DNA of 64,000 nucleotides from an uncultured delta proteobacterium (GTDB lineage Bacteria; Myxococcota_A; UBA9160; SMWR01), in contig CAWHTE010000011.1 of assembly GCA_963832165.1 (NCBI GenBank), positions 800,001 to 864,000 of the forward strand, read 5' to 3'. The position numbers and the translations under genes are program-made. The notes below the pieces were generated by a model. It was not told the DNA's origin, did not search any database, and was given only the letters and a program-made list of their open reading frames with translations. Positions 33,508 through 43,256 of the stretch are shown here, piece by piece (position 1 is the stretch's first letter; each line of letters starts with the position of its first letter).

Positions 33508-34622
33508 GCACCGATTTCTCGTTCACCGAAGAACACGACGAGCTGCGCGCGACGATTCGCGCATTCCTGGCCGAACACTCCGATGAGAGCGCGGTGCGAG
33601 CGCAGATGGCGGGTGAGCGCGGCTACGACCCCGAGGTGTGGACGCTGCTCGCCGAGCAGCTCGGACTCGCCGGTCTGATCATCCCCGAGGAGCACGGGGG
33701 CGCGGGCATGGGCTATGTCGAGCTGCTCGTTGCGATGGAGGAGATGGGGCGAGCGCTGCTGTGTGCGCCGTATCTCGGAACCTCCGTGCTCTCGACCAAC
33801 GCGTTGCTCACGTGCGCAGACGCCGCGACCCAGAAAGAGCTGCTCGCCGGGATCGCGGCGGGCCGGACGATCGTGTCGCTCGCGCACGCGGAGCCGAACG
33901 GGCGCTGGGACGTGGCGGGGATCGCGATGCGCGCTCGCGCGAAGGGCGACGGCTTCGAGCTCGACGGCACGAAGTCCTGGGTGCTCGACGGGCACGTCGC
34001 GGACACGCTGCTCGTGGCCGCGCGCACGGACGAGGGAATCGGACTGTTCCGTGTCGACGCGCGCGCCGAGGGTCTCACGCGCACGCTCGTCCCCTCGCTC
34101 GACACCACGCGCAAGCTCGCCACGATCGAGCTCGCGGCGACGCCCGCGCGACTCGTGTCGCGCGGTGATCAGACCGCGAACCTCGAGCGCGTGCTCGCGC
34201 TCGCGGTCGGGGCGCTCACGGCCGAGCAGGTGGGCGGCGCGCAGCGCTGCCTCGAGATGGCTACCGACTACGCCAAGACGCGGCTGCAGTTCGGGCGACC
34301 GATCGGCTCGTATCAGGCGATCAAGCACAAGTGCGCCGACATGCTCGTGGCGGTCGAGTTCGCGAAGTCGGCCGCCTACGCGGCGTGTTTCGCGGTCGCG
34401 GGCGGCGCAGACGACGTGCTCGAGTCCGTCGCGCTCGCGAAGGCCTACTGCTCGGAGGCCTACTTCCGGGTGGCCGCCGAGAACATCCAGATCCACGGCG
34501 GGATGGGATTCACCTGGGAGCACCCGGCCCATCTCTATTTCAAGCGCGCGAAGGCGAGCGACCTGTTGTTTGGCGACGCGGCCCATCACCGAGACCGGTT
34601 GGCGGAACACGTCGGGATCTGA
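33504..34622 (+). CDS. Acyl-CoA dehydrogenase, partner subunit
   Basis: EEMGR, LDGTK, RLQFGRPIGSYQAIKH, QIHGGMGFTWEH; ATGA overlap. Confidence 0.93.
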   Translation: MSTDFSFTEEHDELRATIRAFLAEHSDESAVRAQMAGERGYDPEVWTLLAEQLGLAGLIIPEEHGGAGMGYVELLVAMEEMGRALLCAPYLGTSVLSTNALLTCADAATQKELLAGIAAGRTIVSLAHAEPNGRWDVAGIAMRARAKGDGFELDGTKSWVLDGHVADTLLVAARTDEGIGLFRVDARAEGLTRTLVPSLDTTRKLATIELAATPARLVSRGDQTANLERVLALAVGALTAEQVGGAQRCLEMATDYAKTRLQFGRPIGSYQAIKHKCADMLVAVEFAKSAAYAACFAVAGGADDVLESVALAKAYCSEAYFRVAAENIQIHGGMGFTWEHPAHLYFKRAKASDLLFGDAAHHRDRLAEHVGI

Positions 34623-34659
34623 GTCCGAGGGGGATGGAGGCGCGCGCGTTGCGGCCCGC

Positions 34660-35595
34660 CTAACCGGGAGCTGTGATCTTCGGCCGCTCGATCAGCTCGA
34701 GGCAGGTGCCGTCGGGGTCGCGGAAGAAGACGGCGAAGAGGCCCTCGATCGGGATCTCGGGACCCATTTCGAGCCAGCACGGCCCCGAGTGTGCGACGCC
34801 GAGCCGGTCGAGCTCGGCGCATGACGCGCGCGCGTCCTCGACCAGATACGCGAGCCGGAAATAGCCGAGCTGATTGGCTGGCTCCGCGGGCTTGCCGATC
34901 GGCGTGGGATCGAGCCACTCGAGCAGATCGATGATCAGATCGACGCGGCCGGGGATCGCGAGGAAGTCGGCGCGGAATTCGCAATCACCGGCGAAGCCGA
35001 GCGCGCGCCCGTCGACCGGGCCCGGCTGCGAGCGCGCCGTGAGCGGCGCGAGCCCGAGCACCTCCTGGTAGAAGCGTGTCGAGCGATCGAGGTCGCGGCA
35101 GTTCACGTTCACGTGCAGGAGCCGCACGGCACCGGGCTGCTCGATGAACTCGACGCACGCCCCGTCGGGATCGAACGAGCAGAAGAACTTCACCGCGAGT
35201 CCACTCGTGTGGTCGAGAGTCATGTGCGCAGGCGGCGATGCGGTGCGCACGCCCGCGCCGCTCATGCGCGCGTGCAGCGCATCGACATCGGGGTACGACA
35301 GGCACAGGCGATAGAGGCCGAGCTGGTGCGGCGCACTTGCGGGCTGGCCGGTCGGGCGCGGCTCGTGCCATTCGAGCAGGTCGACCGCGGGACCCGCGAC
35401 TCCGCGCTCGTCGTGCAATAGATGCGCGTCCCACTGCACGCGGCCGGAGAGCCCGAATCCGCGCCCATCCTGTGGCACGGGACGCGTGTGCGAGAGCGGC
35501 GTGAGACCGCACAGGTCCCGGTAGAACGCGAGCGAGCGCGTCAGGTCGGAACAGTTCGCGTTGACGTGGACGGTCGAGAGCAGCGGCAGGGCCAT
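34660..35595 (-). CDS. Two-domain VOC family protein
   Basis: Twice HVNxNCxDLxRSxxFY...DLLEW...DPDG. Confidence 0.88.
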   Translation of the reverse strand: MALPLLSTVHVNANCSDLTRSLAFYRDLCGLTPLSHTRPVPQDGRGFGLSGRVQWDAHLLHDERGVAGPAVDLLEWHEPRPTGQPASAPHQLGLYRLCLSYPDVDALHARMSGAGVRTASPPAHMTLDHTSGLAVKFFCSFDPDGACVEFIEQPGAVRLLHVNVNCRDLDRSTRFYQEVLGLAPLTARSQPGPVDGRALGFAGDCEFRADFLAIPGRVDLIIDLLEWLDPTPIGKPAEPANQLGYFRLAYLVEDARASCAELDRLGVAHSGPCWLEMGPEIPIEGLFAVFFRDPDGTCLELIERPKITAPG

Positions 35596-35608
35596 TTGCG
35601 CAGGGGCC

Positions 35609-36061
35609 TCAATTCATCTCGAACAGCTCGATCACGCCGCCGCCGATCTCGGGTGGAGATTCGAGATAGGCGAACGCGAGCGTAGGTCCGAAGCGCTTCT
35701 GCATCACGGTGCGGTAGCCGGCCGCCTCGAGCTCGGCGAGCTTCGGGTCGAGGTCGCCGACACGGAAGCGCACGTGGTGAAGTCCCTCGCCGTGCTGCTT
35801 CAGGTGCTCGGAATGGGTCGTCTCGCCTGTCACCACCTCGATCAGCTCGATCTCGACAGGCCCCGAGTTGTTGATGGCGAGCCGCAGCGCACAATCGGCC
35901 GGACGGCCGCGGATCGTGCAGTCCTTCATCTCGTAGGTCGCGACCTGGAACGGACCGAACATCGCTTCATAGCGCGGTAACGCCCGTTCCAAATTTTCTA
36001 CGACGTAGGCGACCTGGTCGATCGGGCCGAGCCCGAGGTCCTTCGTACCGGGAGCGCTCAT
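35609..36061 (-). CDS. VOC family protein (methylmalonyl-CoA epimerase-like)
   Basis: DQVAYVV, IELIE, GEGLHHVRF; SD AAGGAG. Confidence 0.88.
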   Translation of the reverse strand: MSAPGTKDLGLGPIDQVAYVVENLERALPRYEAMFGPFQVATYEMKDCTIRGRPADCALRLAINNSGPVEIELIEVVTGETTHSEHLKQHGEGLHHVRFRVGDLDPKLAELEAAGYRTVMQKRFGPTLAFAYLESPPEIGGGVIELFEMN

Positions 36062-36406
36062 GCGTCATCTCCTTAGGTGTTCGAACCAACTCGTCATGGC
36101 GACGGTATACAATGGCGCAGAGTGAGGTCGTCGGGAAATTCCCCACCCAAGTTTCATTCGAAGCCTGACTAGTTCGCTCGCGGGCGGTCGTTCAGCGTGA
36201 TACTTAGACGGGAGAGACGAAGCGGCGCCACTCCCGCCGAGTCGAGCGAGAACGGGCTGATCGGCTGGCCAGTTCATCGAGCCCCGGTCGCCCGTCCCGC
36301 TCGGCTTTCCTGACTTTCTCTGGATCGGTGTCTCGCATCATCAGCCCCCTCGCGAGCCCCGCATCCGCAACCTACTTGCAGCCCACAGCTCACGTGAGGA
36401 GCAGAG

Positions 36407-38551
36407 ATGACAGTCGATCGGTCTACGCAGCGCTTCGCAGTTCTCGCCATCGGTTTCGCGGCGCTCGGATCCTGGATCGCCCCGGCACCCGCGCAGGCGC
36501 AGTGCCTCGGTACGACGACCGAGTGCAGCGCTGGCCGCTTCACGTCGCCGTTCGCGGAGCCCACTGTGTTAGGTGTTACCACCACCGAGAAGTGCGTGCT
36601 GGACACCGACGGCGAGAAGGCGTGCAAGCCGACCGCCGGTACGGTCTCGCTACTCGCCGACGACCGGATCCTGTACTGGAACGCGCTCGAAGGCACCGAG
36701 AACATGGAGCTCAGCATCGTCGCCGAGTTCGGCGTCGTTGCAGCCAACGACCAGACCCGCCTGCTCTCGCTCAACAACGGAGTGCCGAGCTGGTCGCGCC
36801 CCACGCCCGTAGATGCCGGCGCAAACCCGGACGGAAGCGATCCGGACGCGGTGCTGCCCGGGGTGATCCCGATCAACAACGCCGGCGCCGACGGCGCGCT
36901 GTTCTGTTCGGACGTGGTCTTCCTGAACGACGGGCGGGTGCTCGCGGCTGGCGGCACCGACTACTACCTCGAGCCGGGCCTCCCGGAATTTCCGTACGGC
37001 ATCTCGGAGCTCGAGGGTCTCAAGAATGCGCGCATCTTCGACCCGAAGGGCGACATCTGGACCCAGACCGGCGACATGAACTTCGGGCGCTGGTATCCGA
37101 CGATGGTGACCTTGCCCGACTCGGACGTGTTCGTCGCGAGCGGCGTCACCAAGCTGCTGAAGCCGGTCTATCCCGAGCGCGTCGCCGCCTCGGGCCGCAA
37201 CACGGTCGAGACCGAGACCTACGACACCGCGTGCGGCACCTGGAGCGTGAACGGGCCGCTCGCCGAGCGCACGCTGCCGCTGTTCCCGCGGCTGCATCTC
37301 CTGCCGAACGGCCATGTCTACTACAACGCAGGCGGCCAGGCGTTCAATCCGTTCGGTCAGAGCTATGACCAGGCGCTCTGGAACATCACGGCCACCTACG
37401 ATCCCGCCACGAAGACGTGGTCGGATCTCGTCTACGCCGGGTTGCCGCTGCAGCTGAATCAGATCGGCCTCCAGCAGCTCGTCGCCGCGCTCAATCCGAC
37501 CAACTCGCTCCAGGCGGCCACGCTGACGGCGCTGCTCGGCAGTGCCGTGGGCACGATCACGACCAATCCAGGCGCGCTGCTCTCGCAGGTCGGTGCGCTG
37601 CTCGGCCTCACGGTCGACCCGGCCGTACTCGAGAAGGTGATCGGGTCCGGCATGCGCGGCTCGACGTTCTCCGTGATGTTGCCGCAGAAGCCCGAGACGA
37701 ACGGCCAATATCGCAAGACCGAGTTCCTCACCGCGGGTGGTATTCCGACCGCCGTTGCCGCCACGAATCCGGGCACCTACTTCGCGACGACTTCGAGCCG
37801 GATCGACACCGTCTCGATCGCGACCGACGGCAAGATCTCGTCGGTCTCGCGGCTCACGGGACCGCTCGCGAGCGCGCGCTGGTACACCAGCGGCGTCCTG
37901 CTGCCGACCGGCGAGGTGTTCGCCGTGTCGGGCGCCGACCGCGACGAGGTCGCGCTGCCCGGGCTCGGGTTCGCGGTGAAGCGCGCGGAGATCTTCAATC
38001 CGCAGACCGAGACGTGGCGCGGGGTCGCGACGCAGATCAATCCGCGCACCTATCACAACACGGCCCTCCTGCTGCGGGACGGCCGCGTGCTGGTGGGTGG
38101 CCACGCTCCGATCACCACCGCCTACCTGTCCCACATCGATCTTTCGAGTCTCGGCTTCTCGCCCAACGACGGGCGCGATCCCTCGTTCGAGATCTACAGC
38201 CCGCCGTACATGTTCCGCCCGCGGCCGACGATCACGAGTGCGCCGGCCTCGGCGGCGCGTGGCGCGACGATCAAGATCAACACGCCCAACTCGATGAGCA
38301 TCGACACGGTGATGCTGATGAGCCGCACGGCCACCACGCACCTCGTGGACGGCGATCAGCACGCGGCGCAGCTCAAGATCGCGACGCGGAGAACCGGCTC
38401 GATCGACGTGGTGATCCCGGCCTCGGCCGGGGTGGCGCCGAGCGGCCCCTACATGCTCTTCGTGACCGTTCGCAACGCCGACGGCACTCGCGTTCCGTCC
38501 GTGGGCGCTGCGCTGAAGATCGAGGGCGGCCCCGGGACCTGCACGCCGTAG
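36407..38551 (+). CDS. Secreted copper radical oxidase (galactose/glyoxal oxidase, AA5) with C-terminal Ig-like domain
   Basis: Signal ending AQA; LFCS (Cys), RWYPT (Tyr), RTYHN (Tyr, His), TTH (His); EIYSPPY; GPYMLF. Confidence 0.88.
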   Translation: MTVDRSTQRFAVLAIGFAALGSWIAPAPAQAQCLGTTTECSAGRFTSPFAEPTVLGVTTTEKCVLDTDGEKACKPTAGTVSLLADDRILYWNALEGTENMELSIVAEFGVVAANDQTRLLSLNNGVPSWSRPTPVDAGANPDGSDPDAVLPGVIPINNAGADGALFCSDVVFLNDGRVLAAGGTDYYLEPGLPEFPYGISELEGLKNARIFDPKGDIWTQTGDMNFGRWYPTMVTLPDSDVFVASGVTKLLKPVYPERVAASGRNTVETETYDTACGTWSVNGPLAERTLPLFPRLHLLPNGHVYYNAGGQAFNPFGQSYDQALWNITATYDPATKTWSDLVYAGLPLQLNQIGLQQLVAALNPTNSLQAATLTALLGSAVGTITTNPGALLSQVGALLGLTVDPAVLEKVIGSGMRGSTFSVMLPQKPETNGQYRKTEFLTAGGIPTAVAATNPGTYFATTSSRIDTVSIATDGKISSVSRLTGPLASARWYTSGVLLPTGEVFAVSGADRDEVALPGLGFAVKRAEIFNPQTETWRGVATQINPRTYHNTALLLRDGRVLVGGHAPITTAYLSHIDLSSLGFSPNDGRDPSFEIYSPPYMFRPRPTITSAPASAARGATIKINTPNSMSIDTVMLMSRTATTHLVDGDQHAAQLKIATRRTGSIDVVIPASAGVAPSGPYMLFVTVRNADGTRVPSVGAALKIEGGPGTCTP

Positions 38552-38569
38552 GCGGTCGACGACTCACGG

Positions 38570-38968
38570 ATGAGCCGAACGATGGCCGTGGTGGCGATGT
38601 CGGCGGCGGCATTGCTGGCCCTCTACGTGTGCTTCCGGCCGCCGCCGGCAGAAGCCCCCGCGCCGCCGCCCGGTGGTGTCTCGAACGCCGAAACGCCGCC
38701 GCGAGCCGAGTTCGCGCTGACCGTGATCGGCGACAAGCTCGTCTCGGGACCCGACGTCATCCGGGTCGCACAGGGAACACAGGTGACGATCCGGATCCGC
38801 TCCGATCGCGCCGACGAATTGCACCTGCACGGCTACGACCTGCACGTGCGATTCGGCGCCAACCAGCCGGCCGAGCTCGCGTTCACGGCCAACCGGAGCG
38901 GGCGATTCGAATACGAGCTGCACGGCTCGCACGCTGAGATCGGCGCGCTCGAGGTCCGGCCGGAGTAG
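38570..38968 (+). CDS. Membrane-anchored cupredoxin-like protein
   Basis: N-terminal TM, Pro linker, DELHLHGYD, GRFEYELH, LEVRP. Confidence 0.7.
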   Translation: MSRTMAVVAMSAAALLALYVCFRPPPAEAPAPPPGGVSNAETPPRAEFALTVIGDKLVSGPDVIRVAQGTQVTIRIRSDRADELHLHGYDLHVRFGANQPAELAFTANRSGRFEYELHGSHAEIGALEVRPE

Positions 38969-39027
38969 CCGAGCGGCGATCGAACGCGCATCCTTCGATC
39001 CCGCTCTCGATCTGCGGAGGAGCCACC

Positions 39028-39576
39028 ATGAAGGCCGAGGAGTGCATCCTGTTCAGCGGCGCCGCCAACGGCGCGGAAGCCGCGTTCGGCGCCGCCGCAC
39101 AGCGCCATGGCGTCGCCGAGGTGAACTTCACGTTCGAGGGACACAACGACGCGCGCACGCGCGGCATCCGCGTGCTCACCGAGCCCGAGCTCAAGCAGGG
39201 CGATGTGAACCTCCACTACGTGAGCCGGCTGATGCATCGCGAATATCGCGACACGCGGCTGTTCCGGCGCGTGCTGCAGAGCATCTGGCACCAGGTGAAC
39301 AACGGCCTCGAGGTGTTCGTGGTCGGGCGCATTCTCGAGGACGACACGGTGAAGGGCGGCACGGGCTGGGGCGCCGAGTTCGCGAAGCTCTGCAACAAGC
39401 CGCTGTTCGTGTTCGATCAGCTGCGCGACCACTGGAGCCGCTGGACCGGCGACGAGTGGGAGCAGGCGCCCCCTCCCACGATCACGCAGCCGCGCTTCAC
39501 GGGCACTGGAACGCGCTTCCTCGAGCAGGGCGGCGCGCGCGCGATCGACGAGCTGTTCACCCGCTCGTTCCGCTAG
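39028..39576 (+). CDS. Conserved hypothetical protein, possible SLOG/Rossmannoid fold
   Basis: SD GGAGGAG; FSGAANGAE, GGTGWG, KPLFVFDQ, FTGTGTR. Confidence 0.7.
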   Translation: MKAEECILFSGAANGAEAAFGAAAQRHGVAEVNFTFEGHNDARTRGIRVLTEPELKQGDVNLHYVSRLMHREYRDTRLFRRVLQSIWHQVNNGLEVFVVGRILEDDTVKGGTGWGAEFAKLCNKPLFVFDQLRDHWSRWTGDEWEQAPPPTITQPRFTGTGTRFLEQGGARAIDELFTRSFR

Positions 39577-40847
39577 CGCGGCTCGATCACGACGACGGCC
39601 GTGTACCCCCCTTCCACGACCTCGATCGGGACGCGCCGCTCACCCACGCCTTGTCCCTCGAGCTGGACCACCACTTCGTGAGCGCCGGCCGGGAGCAGCA
39701 TTCGCGCCACCCAGACGCGGCCCGGCAAGAAGGTCCACGAGCGGGTGTCGGGCTTATCGAGTCCGACCAGCAACGCCTCGGCACCTAGCCCGGCGACGAT
39801 GCCGACCACCTCGCCGGCGCCGCCCGCGCTGCGTCCCGCTGCCATCGCCCCCTCGCTCACGACGGCGCGCGCGATCATGCGCGAGAGCGCGGCGGCGATG
39901 ATGCGCGGTCGGATCTTGTCGTACTCGCGCGTGACCTCCGCTGCGACGTCGGTCACGAGCTCGAGCTCGACATTGCGATCCCCGATGCGTGCCCGCGCGC
40001 CGCGCACGAGGCTCGGCACCTCCTGCAGCTCCGGGTACACGACGACCTTGAAGACGCTGTGCTGGAGGACGCGCGGATCGCCGCTGATCAGGGTGCCGGC
40101 GATGCCGACGGCGGCCCCGATCGGAATCCGCTTGGGAACCTTGATCGGCGTGCGGCCCGCGCCGATCACGAGCAGCACCTCGCCGGATTTGGGCCGCTTC
40201 CCTCGACGGGCGACCGGCTCCTCGAGCGAATGCACCTTCGTCTCGGCCTGGACGTCCTTGTAGTAGCGGAGCGCGCGGTCCGCCTCGCCGAGATGCTCGA
40301 AGACGAAGCCCGCGAGATACGCCCCGACTCGGCCACGCGGATGATCGAAGCCGAGGTTCTCGAGATAGTCGCGCATCACCTGGTAGCGGCGCGCCTCTAC
40401 CGCCGCGCCCTGCAGGTCGGACATCGAGAGGTAGTTGAGCATGTTCAACACGTTCAGCGCGACGCGCTCGAGCGGCGGTGCCCGGTACTCCTCGGCGCTG
40501 TCGCTGTAGATGTACGTGCCGATCTTGCCGACCGTGTCCAGGGTGAGATCGATCAGCTCCAGCTCGGTCTCGGCCGCGGACAGATCGCGCGCGCTCTCGT
40601 GCCAGGCGCCTTGCGCCTGGAGCACGACCGCGCGCTCCAGCACGGCCAGGCTTCGCTCGGAGTTCCAGGTCTCCGGAAGATCGGCTCGCGACTCGACCCC
40701 GAGCATCTTGTTGATCTGCTCTTCCGCGCCCGGCCAATCATCTCGCGCGGCGGATTCGTGGGCAGAGATCAGCTTGTCGGAGTAGGTCGCGCAGCCGACC
40801 GCGACCACCGCCCAACAAGACAACGCCGCGCAGAGCAGGAACCGCAT
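39573..40847 (-). CDS. COG3014-like TPR lipoprotein
   Basis: VAVGC lipobox, AAVEARR, PDTRSWTFLP; TGATG-coupled to lpoB-like gene. Confidence 0.75.
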   Translation of the reverse strand: MRFLLCAALSCWAVVAVGCATYSDKLISAHESAARDDWPGAEEQINKMLGVESRADLPETWNSERSLAVLERAVVLQAQGAWHESARDLSAAETELELIDLTLDTVGKIGTYIYSDSAEEYRAPPLERVALNVLNMLNYLSMSDLQGAAVEARRYQVMRDYLENLGFDHPRGRVGAYLAGFVFEHLGEADRALRYYKDVQAETKVHSLEEPVARRGKRPKSGEVLLVIGAGRTPIKVPKRIPIGAAVGIAGTLISGDPRVLQHSVFKVVVYPELQEVPSLVRGARARIGDRNVELELVTDVAAEVTREYDKIRPRIIAAALSRMIARAVVSEGAMAAGRSAGGAGEVVGIVAGLGAEALLVGLDKPDTRSWTFLPGRVWVARMLLPAGAHEVVVQLEGQGVGERRVPIEVVEGGYTAVVVIEPR

Positions 40848-41476
40848 CAACGCTTCAGTTGCTTGCTGCGCGTCACCTCGTTCTGCCATCGCACGAGTCC
40901 CGTCTCGACTTCCAGTACCTGGAGGAAGAGGCTGTACTGGAGGCGGCGGATGTCGGAAAGCTTCTCGTCGACGCTCGTGATGCGTCCCGTGACGAAGTAG
41001 GCGGCGCCGAGCTGACGGCCGGCGCGCTGCGCCGTCCGCGCGTCGAACATCGAACCGCTCTGCCGGCGGATCTCGTCGGCGAGGTTCTCCTGCTCGTTGC
41101 GGGCCACGACGCGCACCTCGCCGCTGTTCACGAACGTCGTCTCGATCGACGAGAGGAGCGTCACCAGCTGATCTTCGATGTGCTGGCTGGTGCGGTTCTC
41201 GATCGGCCAGATCGCGACGATCGGCGGAGGTTTCGCAGGCACGACGTCGCCCATCCAGAATTTCGAGGCTTCCAGCGAGGCGAGGTTCTGTGCGACGAGA
41301 TAGTTGATGTCCTCGCGATCGAGGCCGACACCGAGCGCCGCCTCGTCCATGTCGGGACGCGCGGTGCCCGCGCCACCCCGGCTGGCTTGCGGTGCGCAGC
41401 CGGCCAGTGACGCGACGAGCGCAGTCACGGCGAACGCGACACTCGCGCGAGTCGATCGCGACGATCGCAGGATCAC
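40847..41476 (-). CDS. lpoB: Penicillin-binding protein activator LpoB-like lipoprotein
   Basis: LAGC lipobox, IENRTSQHI, GRQLGA, ETGLVRW. Confidence 0.75.
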   Translation of the reverse strand: MILRSSRSTRASVAFAVTALVASLAGCAPQASRGGAGTARPDMDEAALGVGLDREDINYLVAQNLASLEASKFWMGDVVPAKPPPIVAIWPIENRTSQHIEDQLVTLLSSIETTFVNSGEVRVVARNEQENLADEIRRQSGSMFDARTAQRAGRQLGAAYFVTGRITSVDEKLSDIRRLQYSLFLQVLEVETGLVRWQNEVTRSKQLKR

Positions 41477-41492
41477 GAGATTCCCCTTTGTT

Positions 41493-41795
41493 TCAGTCTT
41501 CGCCGGGAAAGAAGCCAGCGATGAGTTCGATCGGGAGGAAGGCGACGTCGAGCGGAACCGTGAAGAAGTACAGCGGCACCTGTGCGGCCGGGACGAGCGT
41601 GGAGTCGGCCACGGCCCGAGTGATCGCAAACAGGTAGTCGGTCGTATAGACCTCTTTCTCGGGCGGGGGCCGCGGCTGGTAGGTGGGCTCGAGCCGCCCC
41701 GATTCCGGCTCGTCTTCCGCAGCAGCCGCGAGCGGATGGACCAGCGCGAGCAGCAGCACGGCCAGTGTCGCGCAGCGGAAAAGGGCTCGGATCAC
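41493..41795 (-). CDS. Small exported/membrane hypothetical protein
   Basis: Signal peptide ending LAAAA; C-terminal TVPLDVAFLPIELIAG reminiscent of YceK/YidQ-type proteins. Confidence 0.6.
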   Translation of the reverse strand: MIRALFRCATLAVLLLALVHPLAAAAEDEPESGRLEPTYQPRPPPEKEVYTTDYLFAITRAVADSTLVPAAQVPLYFFTVPLDVAFLPIELIAGFFPGED

Positions 41796-41881
41796 GATTC
41801 GATCCCCCGGAAAGATCTGCCAATCGTGACGCCGAATCGCTCTCAGATCAACAGACCTCTCTCCGCTAGCGATCGGAGGAC

Positions 41882-43249
41882 TCACGGCTGCATCGTCTTC
41901 CACTTTCCGCCGCGGAAGCGCATCACGAACGACAGGCCGAGCAGCGAGAGGTAGCCGAGCTCGCCGACCCACGCGCCGAACACGCCTCCGTCGAGCCAGA
42001 TCGCGAACAGCCAGACGAGCGGCAGGCGCGCCACCCAGGCGAGCGTGGCATGCACGAGGAACGGCCAGCGGGTATCGCCGCCGCCGCGCAGGCTGCCGCC
42101 TGCGACGATGCCGATCGCGTCGACGACCTGGAAGAAGGCGCCGAGCTGCAGCAGTGGGCGCGAGAGCCCGAGCACCTTCGCGTCGTCGCTGAACAGTCGC
42201 ATCAGGAACTCGGGTGCGCCCAGGAACAGCGCCGCGACGATCGCCGCGAGCACCATCGCGAGCTTCATCGCCGATGCATAGCTGCGCGCCGCGGCGGCGG
42301 GGTCTCCCGCGCCGAGATAGCGGCCCACGAGCGTGCCCGCGCTGACCGAGATCGCGACGGCCTGCATGAACGAGAGCGACAGCAGCTGGATCATCGCCTG
42401 GCTCGCGGCCATCTCGGCGTCGCCCATGCGCGCGACCACCGACGAGAACAGCGCAAACGACAGCATGTCGAGCAGCCACTGGCCGCCGATCGGCGCGCTC
42501 GTGCGCAGGAAGCGCAGGATCTGGTCCGGGCGCGGCGCGGTCGGCGCGGTCGCGAAGGGCACGCGCGTCTTGCGCGCGAACAGGAAGCCGAACAGGATCG
42601 CCGCGTAGGCGTACTCGGCGATCGTGAACGCGATTCCCGCGCCCTTCACTCCCATCGCGGGCAGCCCGGGCTGGCCGAAGATCAGCGCGTAGGCCGACAC
42701 CACCTGCAGGATCACCGCTGCGATCGTTGCGAACATCGGAATCCGCGTGTTGCCGAGGCCGCGGAAGAAGGTCGTGACGGCCGAGGCCGCCGCGATCGCG
42801 GGCAGGCCCGGCAGCCTCCCCGCCACGTACTCGAGCGCCCGATCGCGCAGCGCGGGCGATGGATCGACCGCCGCGAGCAGCGCCGGGAAGAGCGCGCCCA
42901 CGATGAGCGTCCAGACCACCGCAACGGGCACGAGCACCGCGAGCGCCTGCCACACCCAGGGTCCGCACGCGCGAGGGTCGCCCGCGCCGTGCGCGCGCGA
43001 CACGAACACAGCAACGCCGGTCGCGGCGCCGACGAACGGGCAGATCAGCGTCCAGAGCCAGATGCCGCCGAGGCCGACGGCGCCGAGCTCGGAGGGTCCG
43101 AGCTGACCGACCATCGCCGACGACGCCACCTGCATGAGCGTCTCGGAGAGCATCTGGACGAGCACGGGCGAGGCGAGCACAGCGACTTCGCGCACACCTC
43201 CGCCGCGCGCGGGCGGTGTGAGCTCGGCTATCGCGAGTTGGGTCGACAT
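41882..43249 (-). CDS. MATE family efflux transporter
   Basis: MVGQLG, FFRGLGNTRIP, GVKGAGIA, LVGRYLGA, LRGGGDT. Confidence 0.92.
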   Translation of the reverse strand: MSTQLAIAELTPPARGGGVREVAVLASPVLVQMLSETLMQVASSAMVGQLGPSELGAVGLGGIWLWTLICPFVGAATGVAVFVSRAHGAGDPRACGPWVWQALAVLVPVAVVWTLIVGALFPALLAAVDPSPALRDRALEYVAGRLPGLPAIAAASAVTTFFRGLGNTRIPMFATIAAVILQVVSAYALIFGQPGLPAMGVKGAGIAFTIAEYAYAAILFGFLFARKTRVPFATAPTAPRPDQILRFLRTSAPIGGQWLLDMLSFALFSSVVARMGDAEMAASQAMIQLLSLSFMQAVAISVSAGTLVGRYLGAGDPAAAARSYASAMKLAMVLAAIVAALFLGAPEFLMRLFSDDAKVLGLSRPLLQLGAFFQVVDAIGIVAGGSLRGGGDTRWPFLVHATLAWVARLPLVWLFAIWLDGGVFGAWVGELGYLSLLGLSFVMRFRGGKWKTMQP

Positions 43250-43256
43250 CGGGGCT

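Noticed and set aside
36065..36097. Minus-strand uORF MTSWFEHLRR ending in the SD of the VOC gene
   Set aside because: No SD of its own and no attenuator structure; likely chance.
36365..36380. Sigma54 promoter upstream of the copper radical oxidase
   Set aside because: TTGCA is present but the -24 position reads CG, not the invariant GG.
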